Shown: one piece after another, positions 17,678 to 27,111 of the stretch
Position numbering within the stretch: the stretch's first letter is position 1
Layout of the letters: each line of letters opens with the position of its first letter
Virus record (IMG/VR): IMGVR_UViG_3300009999_000003
Span: 817 to 64,816 of that record
Length of the DNA stretch: 64,000 bases
DNA from: a virus
Reading direction: 5' to 3' (one strand)
The notes under the pieces: model-generated
Seen by the model: only the letters and a program-made list of their open reading frames with translations
Database searches by the model: none
Told to the model about the DNA's origin: nothing
Position numbers and translations under genes: made by a program

Positions 17678-18459
17678 AGAAAGAGTTTGTACAGGATATA
17701 TTCGAACAGATTAATTCCTATCCAGTAGGAATGATGTCTCTCTCTGAAGCTATAGAATGGCACGAAGGCGATGAGCCTCTCGTCGAAGAGGAGATGCTTA
17801 GAAAGGCATTACAGTATCTTGAGATTGATATTGATGATTTATACTACGACGAAAATGCCTTTGCATTCCTTGATAGATTCATCTATTTTGATGGATTAGT
17901 TTGGGTAGGTATTTCAAACTTTCAAATGGAGTATTTGGAGTTTGCTCAGACTAAGAAACACATTCACGGAGGCAAGGAGATGCTTGCGAAGTATATGTCC
18001 GAGGATAACTGGTCGATGGTCTTCTTGCTAATGAATAAAAAGGTATCGATGGCAAACTTTGCGATGATGTATGAGTATGTCCCTAAGAGCGATATGATCG
18101 ATGTTTTCTCAGAAGTTTGGGTTAGAGCTGAATTTGGTTTCGAAATACTAGACCTTGAAATCATCAAAGAGATTTATTCAACAGGTGAGCCGACCGATCG
18201 CTTCCTGCAAGGGAAAAGTCATCTTAGAGCAATTGCAGATGAAGAAGGGTTTTTAACGATATACAGAGGCATCAACGACCTCACAGATGACTCTCTATCA
18301 TGGTCTTTGAAAAGAGAGGTAGCCGAATGGTTCTCGAGTCGATTCGACAAGGTAGGAACTATTCAAGAAGCTAAGGTTCATGTCGATAATGTAATTGACT
18401 ACTTTGATTTCAGAAATGAATATGAGGTTTTAGTTTTTCCGGAAGACGTAATCAACTAA
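17674..18459 (+). CDS. Protein with C-terminal ADP-ribosyltransferase-like domain
   Basis: IYRG, SWSL-x3-VA-xWF, RNEYEVLV R-S-E motif order; ATGA overlap. Confidence 0.55.
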   Translation: MKKEFVQDIFEQINSYPVGMMSLSEAIEWHEGDEPLVEEEMLRKALQYLEIDIDDLYYDENAFAFLDRFIYFDGLVWVGISNFQMEYLEFAQTKKHIHGGKEMLAKYMSEDNWSMVFLLMNKKVSMANFAMMYEYVPKSDMIDVFSEVWVRAEFGFEILDLEIIKEIYSTGEPTDRFLQGKSHLRAIADEEGFLTIYRGINDLTDDSLSWSLKREVAEWFSSRFDKVGTIQEAKVHVDNVIDYFDFRNEYEVLVFPEDVIN

Positions 18460-18483
18460 TCACAGATAAGGTGGCGAAAGGGT

Positions 18484-18732
18484 ATGCTTTTCTTCTTCAT
18501 GAAGCCGAAAGGATACAAGCCAAATTACAGACGGCACATCAACTACAGACCAAGTTTCCACGAATGGATGTTGCTAGCCAACTTCTTTACTGTTGGACTC
18601 TTCTTCCTAAGCTTTCTCTTCATGATTCTATTTGTTGAGAATGCCTATAGAATGGTCTTAATCACTTTAGTTGGACAGGTTGTGACTGGTCTCGTATGCG
18701 CTGTAAGCGATCCTAAATATTACTATTGGTGA
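18484..18732 (+). CDS. Small two-TM membrane protein
   Basis: Two hydrophobic segments. Confidence 0.65.
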   Translation: MLFFFMKPKGYKPNYRRHINYRPSFHEWMLLANFFTVGLFFLSFLFMILFVENAYRMVLITLVGQVVTGLVCAVSDPKYYYW

Positions 18733-18749
18733 CGGTAGTAATATTTTAT

Positions 18750-18778
18750 TTGACACCTTACTGTTATACTGTTACAGT
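18750..18778 (+). promoter_or_regulatory. Promoter of recombinase gene overlapped by 19-bp operator
   Basis: TTGACA-17-TACAGT; ACTGTTATACTGTTACAGT 18760-18778. Confidence 0.65.
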
Positions 18779-18812
18779 AGTATTATCAAAACATGATAGG
18801 AGATGACTTTAA

Positions 18813-19826
18813 ATGATTCCACAAAACGTAACGTTCATTCGTGAAGACCATTTAGATGTACAGCAGGTCTTCGAGTCGTTCATTCAATCAAGTAAGAGAA
18901 ACTCATTACGAACGGCAACTGAATATCAGAACAGAATTGACGAGTTCTTTCGTGTCGTAATTTCTAAGGAGACGAAATTTGTAACGATGCAAGATATCGA
19001 CAAAATCAAGCATAGTCATGTCAAGATGTATGTGAATCATCTTTCTGAGCGAGGTAATTCAGACAAGACGATCTCTGCCAAGCTTTACAGCGTGAAGAGC
19101 TTCTATAACGAGCTGTTAAAAAACGAGTTAAAGGTTAATCCAACTATCTTCTCAGTGAAGTTGAAGATTCAAAAGAATCATCATGAAGCATTGACGTTTG
19201 ATGAATTGGAGAAACTATTCAAATTTATGATGGCTGAGAAAGACCTTGGGTTAGAAAAGTATCTATTCTTGAAAACACTATATGTTACAGGGAACCGACG
19301 AAGCTCTACTCTTGCACTAAAGTGGAATGACTTTAAGCAGAAGCGAGATCCGGAGACGAACAAGTTAATTTGGGTTCTCAGCACGATTGATAAGGGGAAG
19401 AAGCAGGTAGAGAAGCCTGTGTCTGATGATTTCTACGAGGAGCTTAAGCAACTCGATAAGGGGCAGGAAGAGATTTTCTGCATCTCGAGCAAGACCATCG
19501 AACGTGCGCTCAAGAGATTTTCTCAAACAATCGACAAGGATGTTTCCATGCACTCCATGAAAGCTACTGGAGTAACACTGGGATATGCGATGACAAAGGA
19601 TATTAATCTCTGCAAGCAGTACGCATCCCATTCAGATATCTCGACGACAGCGATGTATCTTCGTGAGGTCAGTAGCTATACGAATCAATTAAGCTACAAC
19701 ATGTCGAAGGAAGTTGATGATAGCGATCTTCTAGAAATGAGTCATGAAGAGCTTCTCGCATTTATTATGAACTCTGAGAATATCGATATTAAGAAATCTA
19801 TCTTGATGAGAATAAATAAGGGATAA
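18813..19826 (+). CDS. Tyrosine recombinase/integrase family (YopP-like)
   Basis: SAM-like N-domain; TGNR, DKGK, HSMK, SH..ISTTAMY catalytic motif series. Confidence 0.85.
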   Translation: MIPQNVTFIREDHLDVQQVFESFIQSSKRNSLRTATEYQNRIDEFFRVVISKETKFVTMQDIDKIKHSHVKMYVNHLSERGNSDKTISAKLYSVKSFYNELLKNELKVNPTIFSVKLKIQKNHHEALTFDELEKLFKFMMAEKDLGLEKYLFLKTLYVTGNRRSSTLALKWNDFKQKRDPETNKLIWVLSTIDKGKKQVEKPVSDDFYEELKQLDKGQEEIFCISSKTIERALKRFSQTIDKDVSMHSMKATGVTLGYAMTKDINLCKQYASHSDISTTAMYLREVSSYTNQLSYNMSKEVDDSDLLEMSHEELLAFIMNSENIDIKKSILMRINKG

Positions 19827-19993
19827 ATTCGAATGAATAAATTGATTTGTTCGAATTAATGTATTATATTAAGGGAAAGTATTGCAAATTGTTTTATAAT
19901 GTACTGGTCTATAAAAGGTTTGATCAGTATATTATAAAACAAAAGTATTGCATTTTTATATGTTATCGAAGACAATCAAAGGAGATGTTGGAT

Positions 19994-20416
19994 ATGAGAA
20001 GATTAAACTTACGATCATTAAAGTACGGTAAATCAAAGAAGGAAGTGAGAGTGTATCAAAAGGCTCACAAGTTGATCATGAAGGGATTCAAAACGAAAGA
20101 GGTAAGTGAGATTGAGATTATGAATATTGCTAGTAAGTTCCCAACGCTTAAGGTGAAGGTGTTAGCAGGCGGAGACCTGTCTATTAGAAGCCGAGGTAAG
20201 TACGGTGATATGTGGCACGTATCGGATGAGGGGAGATTCTACGTTCTATACCATGATAGTCTAGGATTCAATGCATCAAAGAAGAAAGATCCTATGCATG
20301 TTCAGGACGTATTCGAGGATCTAGGTTTTATCTTTGCTAGCATTGTAAGTCACGATGAGTTTCGTCTAGGAGAGAGTAGACTATCAAATAACGACTTATT
20401 AAGAATGTCTATGTAG
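19994..20416 (+). CDS. Basic hypothetical protein
   Basis: AAGGAG RBS; 140 aa; preceded by two 18-bp motifs. Confidence 0.7.
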   Translation: MRRLNLRSLKYGKSKKEVRVYQKAHKLIMKGFKTKEVSEIEIMNIASKFPTLKVKVLAGGDLSIRSRGKYGDMWHVSDEGRFYVLYHDSLGFNASKKKDPMHVQDVFEDLGFIFASIVSHDEFRLGESRLSNNDLLRMSM

Positions 20417-20613
20417 TTTACCGATAGAGAGTTGAGCTTTTAGGTATAGAGATTATACTTTTATTAAATCAAATAGTACAAAAATAAAGAAAAAGTATTG
20501 CAAATTGCTAATGGATATATTAGTATTGATATCAGATAGGGAAATACATAGCGGAGATTTACTTTATTTGATAAACATAGGATGGATAGAAAAACATGGA
20601 GGAGAAATTTAAA

Positions 20614-21867
20614 ATGGCGACTAAAATTAACAATGCAAAACTTCAAGAGATTAGGGAAAAACTTGATTCAACGTTAAACGGAATTTCTAAGATTGGGATG
20701 TTAAAGAAATCAGTTGAGAACTCATTGAAAGAAGTAATTGGAGAAGAGAACGCTAAGAAAGTTTTTAAAACCAAATCTATTGATCATTTAAATAGCGATG
20801 AGGCAATTCTCTTCTTACAAGTAATTTTTAATAAAGTTGGCGACGATTCATTTAACCCAGAGCATTTTATTGCTTCTAGTACGAGCAAAAATGACAAAGA
20901 GGTATTCTTCTTTTTTAATCCAGAATTTAAAGAACTATTCTTAGAACAGCATAGAACTAAGTCAGGTCAGCCATACGCTGAAGAGACTAAGCGAGTAAAT
21001 AGATTTTTATTTAATAAGACTGCAGTTATTGAAAAACTTTATAACGAAGACCTATATAATTTTGATAGTGTAAAATTCGAAGAGTTATTAAAAACATTAA
21101 AAGCAACAACTATCCGTAGTCTTCAAAACTCTATCTCTACGATGGAGCAATATATCGAGTTTGCAATCAAGCATAAGAATCTTGATCAGGTGAACATCGC
21201 TACCCAATATAATAACCGTGATGCTGTCGATGCATTCCTCGATAAGAAGGCAGAGGAAAATATGTTCTTTGACAAAAAAGAAATCGACTACTTAAGTGAG
21301 TATGCCGAAAATGCACAGGACGGAGTAATCTTGAACCTCATCTTTGATGGCGTGAGTAACAAAAACAGATTCCAAGAGTTAATCAATATCAAAGAGAGCG
21401 ACGTAGATTACGACAACCTTATCATCAAGATTCCTGAGATGAGAACGGAAGATGAAGTGTCTCCGGCTCGTGAAGTACCGATTTCTTCAACTACTGCACG
21501 TATGATCCGTAAAGCAATGGACTTCGACGAGAAGTATGTAAGTACGAAAGGTCTCGTAAGTCGTAGCTATAAGATTGCTCAGAGTGAATACATCCTTCGT
21601 GGTCTTCGTAACAATGCGCAGATTCTTTGGAATAACGTTAACCAACGCATCCTTCGTATCGCAAAATTAGCCGGACATGAATATTTGACGGCAACCAACG
21701 TATCGTATAGCGGACAAGTACACTACGCAAAAGAAAAGATGGCAGAAGGAGCTTCGCAAGATGAGGCAATCGCATACGTTATCGAACGATTTAACCTTAG
21801 CAAGAACGAATCAACATACTTCTATATCCGTCGCAGAATTGAGTTGGCAGAAAAAGTATTGCACTAA
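20614..21867 (+). CDS. mrpR: MrpR/YopR-like master repressor (degenerate tyrosine-recombinase fold) with N-terminal extension
   Basis: FNPEFKE.FL, E.LYN.DLYNF, TTI.SL, L.FDGVS...F.EL, LT..NV..SG blocks resemble recalled SPbeta YopR; HxxR motif absent. Confidence 0.7.
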   Translation: MATKINNAKLQEIREKLDSTLNGISKIGMLKKSVENSLKEVIGEENAKKVFKTKSIDHLNSDEAILFLQVIFNKVGDDSFNPEHFIASSTSKNDKEVFFFFNPEFKELFLEQHRTKSGQPYAEETKRVNRFLFNKTAVIEKLYNEDLYNFDSVKFEELLKTLKATTIRSLQNSISTMEQYIEFAIKHKNLDQVNIATQYNNRDAVDAFLDKKAEENMFFDKKEIDYLSEYAENAQDGVILNLIFDGVSNKNRFQELINIKESDVDYDNLIIKIPEMRTEDEVSPAREVPISSTTARMIRKAMDFDEKYVSTKGLVSRSYKIAQSEYILRGLRNNAQILWNNVNQRILRIAKLAGHEYLTATNVSYSGQVHYAKEKMAEGASQDEAIAYVIERFNLSKNESTYFYIRRRIELAEKVLH

Positions 21868-21909
21868 TTTTGCCAAACGCTTGCTTCATATTATCCAATT
21901 AGATACTAT

Positions 21910-21959
21910 GTAATTATTCCCTGTAACCATAAGATGTACTGGTGACAGGGAATAATTAC
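21910..21959. other. Long hairpin downstream of mrpR-like gene
   Basis: GTAATTATTCCCTGT..ACAGGGAATAATTAC inverted repeat. Confidence 0.7.
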
Positions 21960-22257
21960 GTTAAGCAAGCAAAATACATATTATTCCATTTTTGAAAAAA
22001 TTAAAGAAATGGGTTTCGTATTGGAAAAATATATTCACGACTTGGAAATTTTATCTTGCAATACGGATATGTCAATTGTATCATAGGTAAGCAGAGCTGA
22101 TTGATCATCATTAGTACTTAATGCTCGGTAGCAAAAGACTACTGGGTAAATTTTAACACCGCCTAAAGCAAAAGTTTTACTATGAGTAATCATTTTGTAA
22201 TATTAGGTGGGAGTTTCGAAATTGAGTTGAAATATTTGAAATTGAATTTTAAACAAA

Positions 22258-22329
22258 CTGCAAAACTTTTGTTTGACACAAAATGACTAAGGTGCTAAGA
22301 TTTACGGAGAACTTAAGAACGTTTGTTCC
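22258..22329 (+). promoter_or_regulatory. sigmaA promoter with reversed 18-bp motif and LexA (SOS) box
   Basis: TTGACA(22273)-17-TAAGAT with TG; AGAACGTTTGTTCC 22316-22329 fits GAAC-N4-GTTC. Confidence 0.7.
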
Positions 22330-22379
22330 TATTTTGTTCGGAGAGATTGGCAAGATGATGATAGAAGGAGAAACGGACG

Positions 22380-22862
22380 ATGAGAAAATTCACAGAAGCA
22401 AACGTATCAGGAAATGCAGGATTTAAGGCGCTAACACAGGGGAAGCAACCGTTGGTAGAAGTACTGTTGGGGAAATGTGAAGAGTATAATAGCTCGATCG
22501 TGGGATTCATTGAAGCACGTCGAGAAATCTTAATGCGTCACTTTGATCTAGAGGCTTGCCATGAGTTCGTTGAGCTATCTTCTGTCTATGAAACGGGAAA
22601 CAGCGTCTTCACCAAGATGATGATCGTGTACTACGAGCGCATCTGCTGTGAGTGCGTTCGTGAGGGATTCATTGAGGACTTGATCAACAACATGAAAATG
22701 CGACTCTCACTATGCGATGGGAGCATAGAAATAGTCGTCGATCAAATCAAGTCATATTATCAGTCTGGCAAACTGGCTCCGGTTGCCCAGACGTGGCGTG
22801 AGGCGACAGAAGAACTTGAAAAAGGAAAGGTGATTTACAATGAACCATCACGATCAATCTGA
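22380..22862 (+). CDS. Hypothetical protein
   Basis: 160 aa, AAGGAG RBS. Confidence 0.75.
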   Translation: MRKFTEANVSGNAGFKALTQGKQPLVEVLLGKCEEYNSSIVGFIEARREILMRHFDLEACHEFVELSSVYETGNSVFTKMMIVYYERICCECVREGFIEDLINNMKMRLSLCDGSIEIVVDQIKSYYQSGKLAPVAQTWREATEELEKGKVIYNEPSRSI

Positions 22863-23112
22863 TCACGATTTAATGGATGAAATTAGCGAACGCATCAGTA
22901 ACGGATTGCTAATGTTACAGAAAACGATGTCACTCATGAAACTTGATGTCTCGGATGAAGAGGCGATCGAGTCGTTTGATGAAAACAATGAAGCTATTGA
23001 CCAATTGGTTAACAAGCTTGAGTCTAAAGAACTACTAGAGATTGCTCTAGAGAAGGTTCTGAACTACAAGTATCAAGTTGAAGAGTCCGTTCAAGCGGTC
23101 TCATCTAAGTAA
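22840..23112 (+). CDS. Acidic hypothetical protein
   Basis: 90 aa, AAGGTG RBS. Confidence 0.7.
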   Translation: MNHHDQSDHDLMDEISERISNGLLMLQKTMSLMKLDVSDEEAIESFDENNEAIDQLVNKLESKELLEIALEKVLNYKYQVEESVQAVSSK

Positions 23113-23138
23113 AACAATTCGATCGGAGGAAACCCATC

Positions 23139-24464
23139 ATGAAAGACGTAGCAGACATCCTGTTGGAAATCAATTCAACATCTAGCAAAAATGACAAACA
23201 GTCTATCCTTGCCCACAATAAAGAGAATACCCGACTTAGACGAGTGTTAAACCAAATATTTAATCCTTTTTTCAAAACGAATATTGCAAAGAAGAAGCTC
23301 CAGAAGAAAGTGACCAATGTCGAGGCAAAGGGATCGATCAAGTCGTTTGACGACTACCTTGAATTCTTGTCCGGAACAACTGGCAAGGATACGGAGATTG
23401 CTGAGATTCAGTTATTTATCGGTTCTCAGTCGTCAGACTTGAAGTGGTTATACGAAGCAATGGCAATCAAGTCGTTAAAGTTCGGGTTTAGTGAATCAAC
23501 GATTAACAAGGCTTTCGGAGAGGAATTTATCCCTAAATTTGATTTGATGCTTGCGGAGAAGTACACCGAGAAGAAGAAGGACAGAAAGACTGGTAAAGAC
23601 GTGATCAAGAAGAATTACAGCCGATATGAAGGCAAGCAGATCATTGCTACTCCTAAGCTTGACGGAAATAGATGCGCAGTCTTCGTTCACGACGACGGAT
23701 CGATCGAGTTGCTATCGAGAAGCGGTAAAGAGCTTGAAGGATATACGGATATCGTCGAAGCTTTCAAAGAGTTCCCAAGAGGAATCGTTTACGATGGTGA
23801 GATTCTAGCAATCAATGATGAGAATATGAAGTCCAGTGAGCTGTTTCAGAAGACACAAAAGATTGTCCGTACAAAGGGCGAGAAGAAGAATGTCATGTTC
23901 CATGCATTCGACATGCTACCGATCAATGAATTCAAAAATGGTGGATGCAGTACGTCGTGTATCAAGCGTAAGAAAGCGCTTGAACTAGTTGTTGAACGTC
24001 ATCATCAACCATTGATCGCATATGTTAAACCCCTGTACACTGGGATGTTTGATCATGATAAAATCAATGAGCTATCTGAAGAAGCGATCGCAATGGAAGA
24101 AGAAGGAATTATGGTTCAATTGGCTGATGCGTCGTACCAGTTAAAAAGGACTTTTGACATCTTGAAAGTGAAAATCATGGAGTCTGCAGACTTAATGGTC
24201 AAAGGAACTTTCGAAGGAGAAGGGAAGAATGAGGGTAAGCTTGGCGGAGTCATCGTCGATTATAAAGGATTCGATGTTCGTGTAGGTGGTGGATTCTCAG
24301 ATGAGCTACGAGAATCGCTATGGATTGATTCGGATGAGCTGATTGGAAAGATTATAGAGGTACAGTACTTCAAGGAGTCCGTGGACAAGCACGGCAACCT
24401 CTCGCTCCGATTCCCGATATTCAAGACAATTCGAGAAGATAAAACGGAACCAAGCTACAACTAA
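23139..24464 (+). CDS. lig: ATP-dependent DNA ligase
   Basis: KLDGNR, YDGEI, EEGIMV, LKVK, GGGFSD, LRFPIF ligase motifs. Confidence 0.95.
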   Translation: MKDVADILLEINSTSSKNDKQSILAHNKENTRLRRVLNQIFNPFFKTNIAKKKLQKKVTNVEAKGSIKSFDDYLEFLSGTTGKDTEIAEIQLFIGSQSSDLKWLYEAMAIKSLKFGFSESTINKAFGEEFIPKFDLMLAEKYTEKKKDRKTGKDVIKKNYSRYEGKQIIATPKLDGNRCAVFVHDDGSIELLSRSGKELEGYTDIVEAFKEFPRGIVYDGEILAINDENMKSSELFQKTQKIVRTKGEKKNVMFHAFDMLPINEFKNGGCSTSCIKRKKALELVVERHHQPLIAYVKPLYTGMFDHDKINELSEEAIAMEEEGIMVQLADASYQLKRTFDILKVKIMESADLMVKGTFEGEGKNEGKLGGVIVDYKGFDVRVGGGFSDELRESLWIDSDELIGKIIEVQYFKESVDKHGNLSLRFPIFKTIREDKTEPSYN

Positions 24465-24553
24465 GCTTGATTTGTAACATTATCGTAAAACAAAAGTATT
24501 GCAAATTATGTTACGATGAACTTGTGGAAAACCCACAGAAGGGAATTGATAAT

Positions 24554-24967
24554 ATGAACCAAATCAAGAATAAGAGAGGAAGTGTATTCGGTACAGCGTC
24601 TAGTCCATTAGTGAAAGTATCATTTAGCTTGGCACTGCTCGTTACGAGTGGTCTGTATGTGAATGAGAAGATTGCCATGGATAAGACTCAAGAGAAGATT
24701 GTTCACTATGAGAGTGCGTTAAAACGCCAAGAAGGTACGATTGACAAGATGCAACTGGAAACAAAGACACTCAAGTCAGAGTTGCATGAAACCAATCGAC
24801 TAATCGACATCATGAAGAAAGACAAAAAGGATATGAAATCCAAGTACAACAAGTTGCTCAAGGACAATGAAAAGCTGAACCGAGATCTCAAGTCGAGCCG
24901 TCGAAATGCGGACGAGCTTGAGAAGATGCTAAAGCAGACAAAGTTACAAGCGTCAGTAAAAAAGTAA
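24554..24967 (+). CDS. Membrane-anchored coiled-coil protein (N-part of putative -1 frameshift fusion)
   Basis: TM then coiled coil; ends GTA AAA AAG TAA. Confidence 0.8.
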   Translation: MNQIKNKRGSVFGTASSPLVKVSFSLALLVTSGLYVNEKIAMDKTQEKIVHYESALKRQEGTIDKMQLETKTLKSELHETNRLIDIMKKDKKDMKSKYNKLLKDNEKLNRDLKSSRRNADELEKMLKQTKLQASVKK

Positions 24968-25014
24968 GGAGCCATTCCGTTACGGCTTCCGCAACTCCGG
25001 CACCTCAGAACGAA

Positions 25015-25410
25015 GTGTCGCAAAAGGTTACTCGTGTCGTCGATGTTTCGACAGAACCGAAACCTAAAGTGGAAGCTGAGAGAGAGAAGAGTAGTAGCGG
25101 TAATGGCTCATATAAAGACTGGACAGCAGTGAGTGTAAGCTCCAGTGCATACACGGCTAGCTGTGCCGGATGTAGTGGAGTGACAGCTACGGGAATCAAT
25201 TTATCGGCAAATCCGAACGCAAGAGTAATTGCTGTTGATCCATCGGTCATCCCTTTAGGGTCGACCGTATATGTTGAAGGATACGGAATGGCAATTGCCG
25301 GAGATACGGGTGGAGCGATCAAAGGTCATCGCATCGATATTTACATGCGTGATCATGGTCAAGCCATTAATTGGGGAAGAAAGACTGTGAATGTTTACGT
25401 GAAGCCTTAA
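25015..25410 (+). CDS. 3D-domain cell-wall protein (probably expressed by -1 frameshift)
   Basis: SAYT..C.GC.G.TATG, IAVDPSVIPLGS, AGDTGGAIKG.RIDIY; no RBS before GTG 25015. Confidence 0.9.
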   Translation: MSQKVTRVVDVSTEPKPKVEAEREKSSSGNGSYKDWTAVSVSSSAYTASCAGCSGVTATGINLSANPNARVIAVDPSVIPLGSTVYVEGYGMAIAGDTGGAIKGHRIDIYMRDHGQAINWGRKTVNVYVKP

Positions 25411-25482
25411 TATCCAACTACAAAATCATGGAAGGGGATGAACGTAAATGCCAAGTGCAAATATGAATTAGGAGGAATATCA

Positions 25483-26037
25483 ATGCCAAAGAAAGAATTA
25501 ACACCAATCCGATTGTCACTGAACAACTTCATTGCCGGAAGTGGAAAGTCCACGATAGCATCGTATCTCTGTGAACACCATGGATTTAAGGTCTATAATT
25601 TTGCTGATCGAATCTATGAATTAGCTGAGGAGCTATTCGGGATGAAGGTTAAAGATCGAAGTGTTCTCATTGCAATTGGCGAAAAGATGCGTGAAATCGA
25701 CAAGCTTGTTTGGATCAAGGAGACTATCCGTCGGATCGAAGAAGAGGGTCATCCACGTATTGTCATTGCCGACACTCGTAAACTATTGGAGTATGCATAT
25801 CTAATTGAATCCGGATACCACCAAGCGATGGTATTCTGTCCAGAAGATATTGCGATACAACGATTGAAGGATCGTGATGGAGAAGAGAATGTTGATGTTG
25901 AAGTAGTACTGAATGGTGCGACAGAGACTCAGCTACGTCCGTTAATTGATCAGATGAAGGTATTCGACACGTCTCAGTCTTGGGAAGATACTCGTACAGA
26001 GATCGATGCCTATGTTAAATCTCTTGAGCGTTTGTGA
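25483..26037 (+). CDS. dNMP kinase-like P-loop protein
   Basis: GSGKST, FAD, IGEKMR, DTR..E; GGAGG RBS. Confidence 0.75.
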   Translation: MPKKELTPIRLSLNNFIAGSGKSTIASYLCEHHGFKVYNFADRIYELAEELFGMKVKDRSVLIAIGEKMREIDKLVWIKETIRRIEEEGHPRIVIADTRKLLEYAYLIESGYHQAMVFCPEDIAIQRLKDRDGEENVDVEVVLNGATETQLRPLIDQMKVFDTSQSWEDTRTEIDAYVKSLERL

Positions 26038-26073
26038 CTACAAAACTTCTTAAAAAAACATTAAAGAAAAGTA

Positions 26074-26102
26074 TTGCAATATACAACTCTACTTGCTATT
26101 AT
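26074..26102 (+). promoter_or_regulatory. sigmaA promoter of NAD operon overlapping 18-bp motif
   Basis: TTGCAA-17-TATTAT with TG. Confidence 0.75.
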
Positions 26103-26141
26103 TATCTTGTGGCAAGGAGATAGCGAAAAGGAAGCGATTGA

Positions 26142-26585
26142 ATGAAAAAGAGAATGATCATCGCAGGTAGCAGGCACTTTTCAGACTACGATCTCCTCAA
26201 GCAGAGAGTTCAAGAAGTTCTTGATCAATCAGGAATTAAAATGGACGAGCTTGAGGTGGTGAGTGGCGGTGCCAATGGCGCAGATAAGCTTGGAGAGAGA
26301 TTCGCCAAAGAGTTCGGGACGAAGCTGAAAGTATTGAATGCCAATTGGGATTCAAGAGGATATTCGGCAGGTCATCTTAGAAACATGGAAATGGCAATCT
26401 ACGCAAGCGGTTCAATTGAAAGTTACTGCATTTGCTTCTGGGACGGTAAAAGTACTGGGACAAAGAGTATGATCCAATTGGCTGAGAAATACGGTATCTC
26501 ATTATTTATCACACAAATACAAAAACAAGACATCGGGGGAAATAACAATGATTATGATTCAACTTCAAGAAACAGATCGGCTTAA
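26142..26585 (+). CDS. SLOG-superfamily protein (DUF2493-like)
   Basis: IIAGSR.F, VSGGA.GAD, AG..RN..M, FWDGKS.GT. Confidence 0.85.
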   Translation: MKKRMIIAGSRHFSDYDLLKQRVQEVLDQSGIKMDELEVVSGGANGADKLGERFAKEFGTKLKVLNANWDSRGYSAGHLRNMEMAIYASGSIESYCICFWDGKSTGTKSMIQLAEKYGISLFITQIQKQDIGGNNNDYDSTSRNRSA

Positions 26586-27060
26586 AAGAATGGACGAAGT
26601 AGCACTAAAAGCACTAACTCATCACCTTAAAGCTTATCAAGCAGAGCGAGAGCGTAAGTTATCTAATGCATTAGCAAACATCGTGAGCGACATCATCACT
26701 CTTGATCAAGAAATGCAGACAGTTTCGGAGATTGAAAAAGCATTGGGAATTGAAGGTCGAGTTTATCCGACTCACATTTACAAGATTGAGGGAGAGATAC
26801 TTTACAACTCGTTCCAAGACCTTCAGAGTTACGGAAAAGAAGTCGGATTCGAGTCAGAGCAATTCTTACTCATGCAGAAATCGCTTCTAAAAGAAGTTCG
26901 AAGCATGTTGGATACAGAATGCGTATTAGGATACGGCTATCAAGAAGGTTCTGGGAAGAAAGAGGTTGTCTTGTTCGAGTTCCCTGTAATCGCTACGGAG
27001 AACAATCGGTATATGCCTCAGTACGATCAAGAAATGCAAATTCCATACATCACAGTTTAA
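26554..27060 (+). CDS. Hypothetical protein
   Basis: ~168 aa, GGGGA RBS. Confidence 0.7.
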   Translation: MIQLQETDRLKRMDEVALKALTHHLKAYQAERERKLSNALANIVSDIITLDQEMQTVSEIEKALGIEGRVYPTHIYKIEGEILYNSFQDLQSYGKEVGFESEQFLLMQKSLLKEVRSMLDTECVLGYGYQEGSGKKEVVLFEFPVIATENNRYMPQYDQEMQIPYITV

Positions 27061-27111
27061 AAAAATATATTAAAACAAAAGTATTGCAATTAATATTCCG
27101 GAGGGATTCAC

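Noticed and set aside
16736..22380. Arbitrium aimR/aimP locus
   Set aside because: No HTH-TPR receptor-sized gene with a downstream secreted peptide seen in the window
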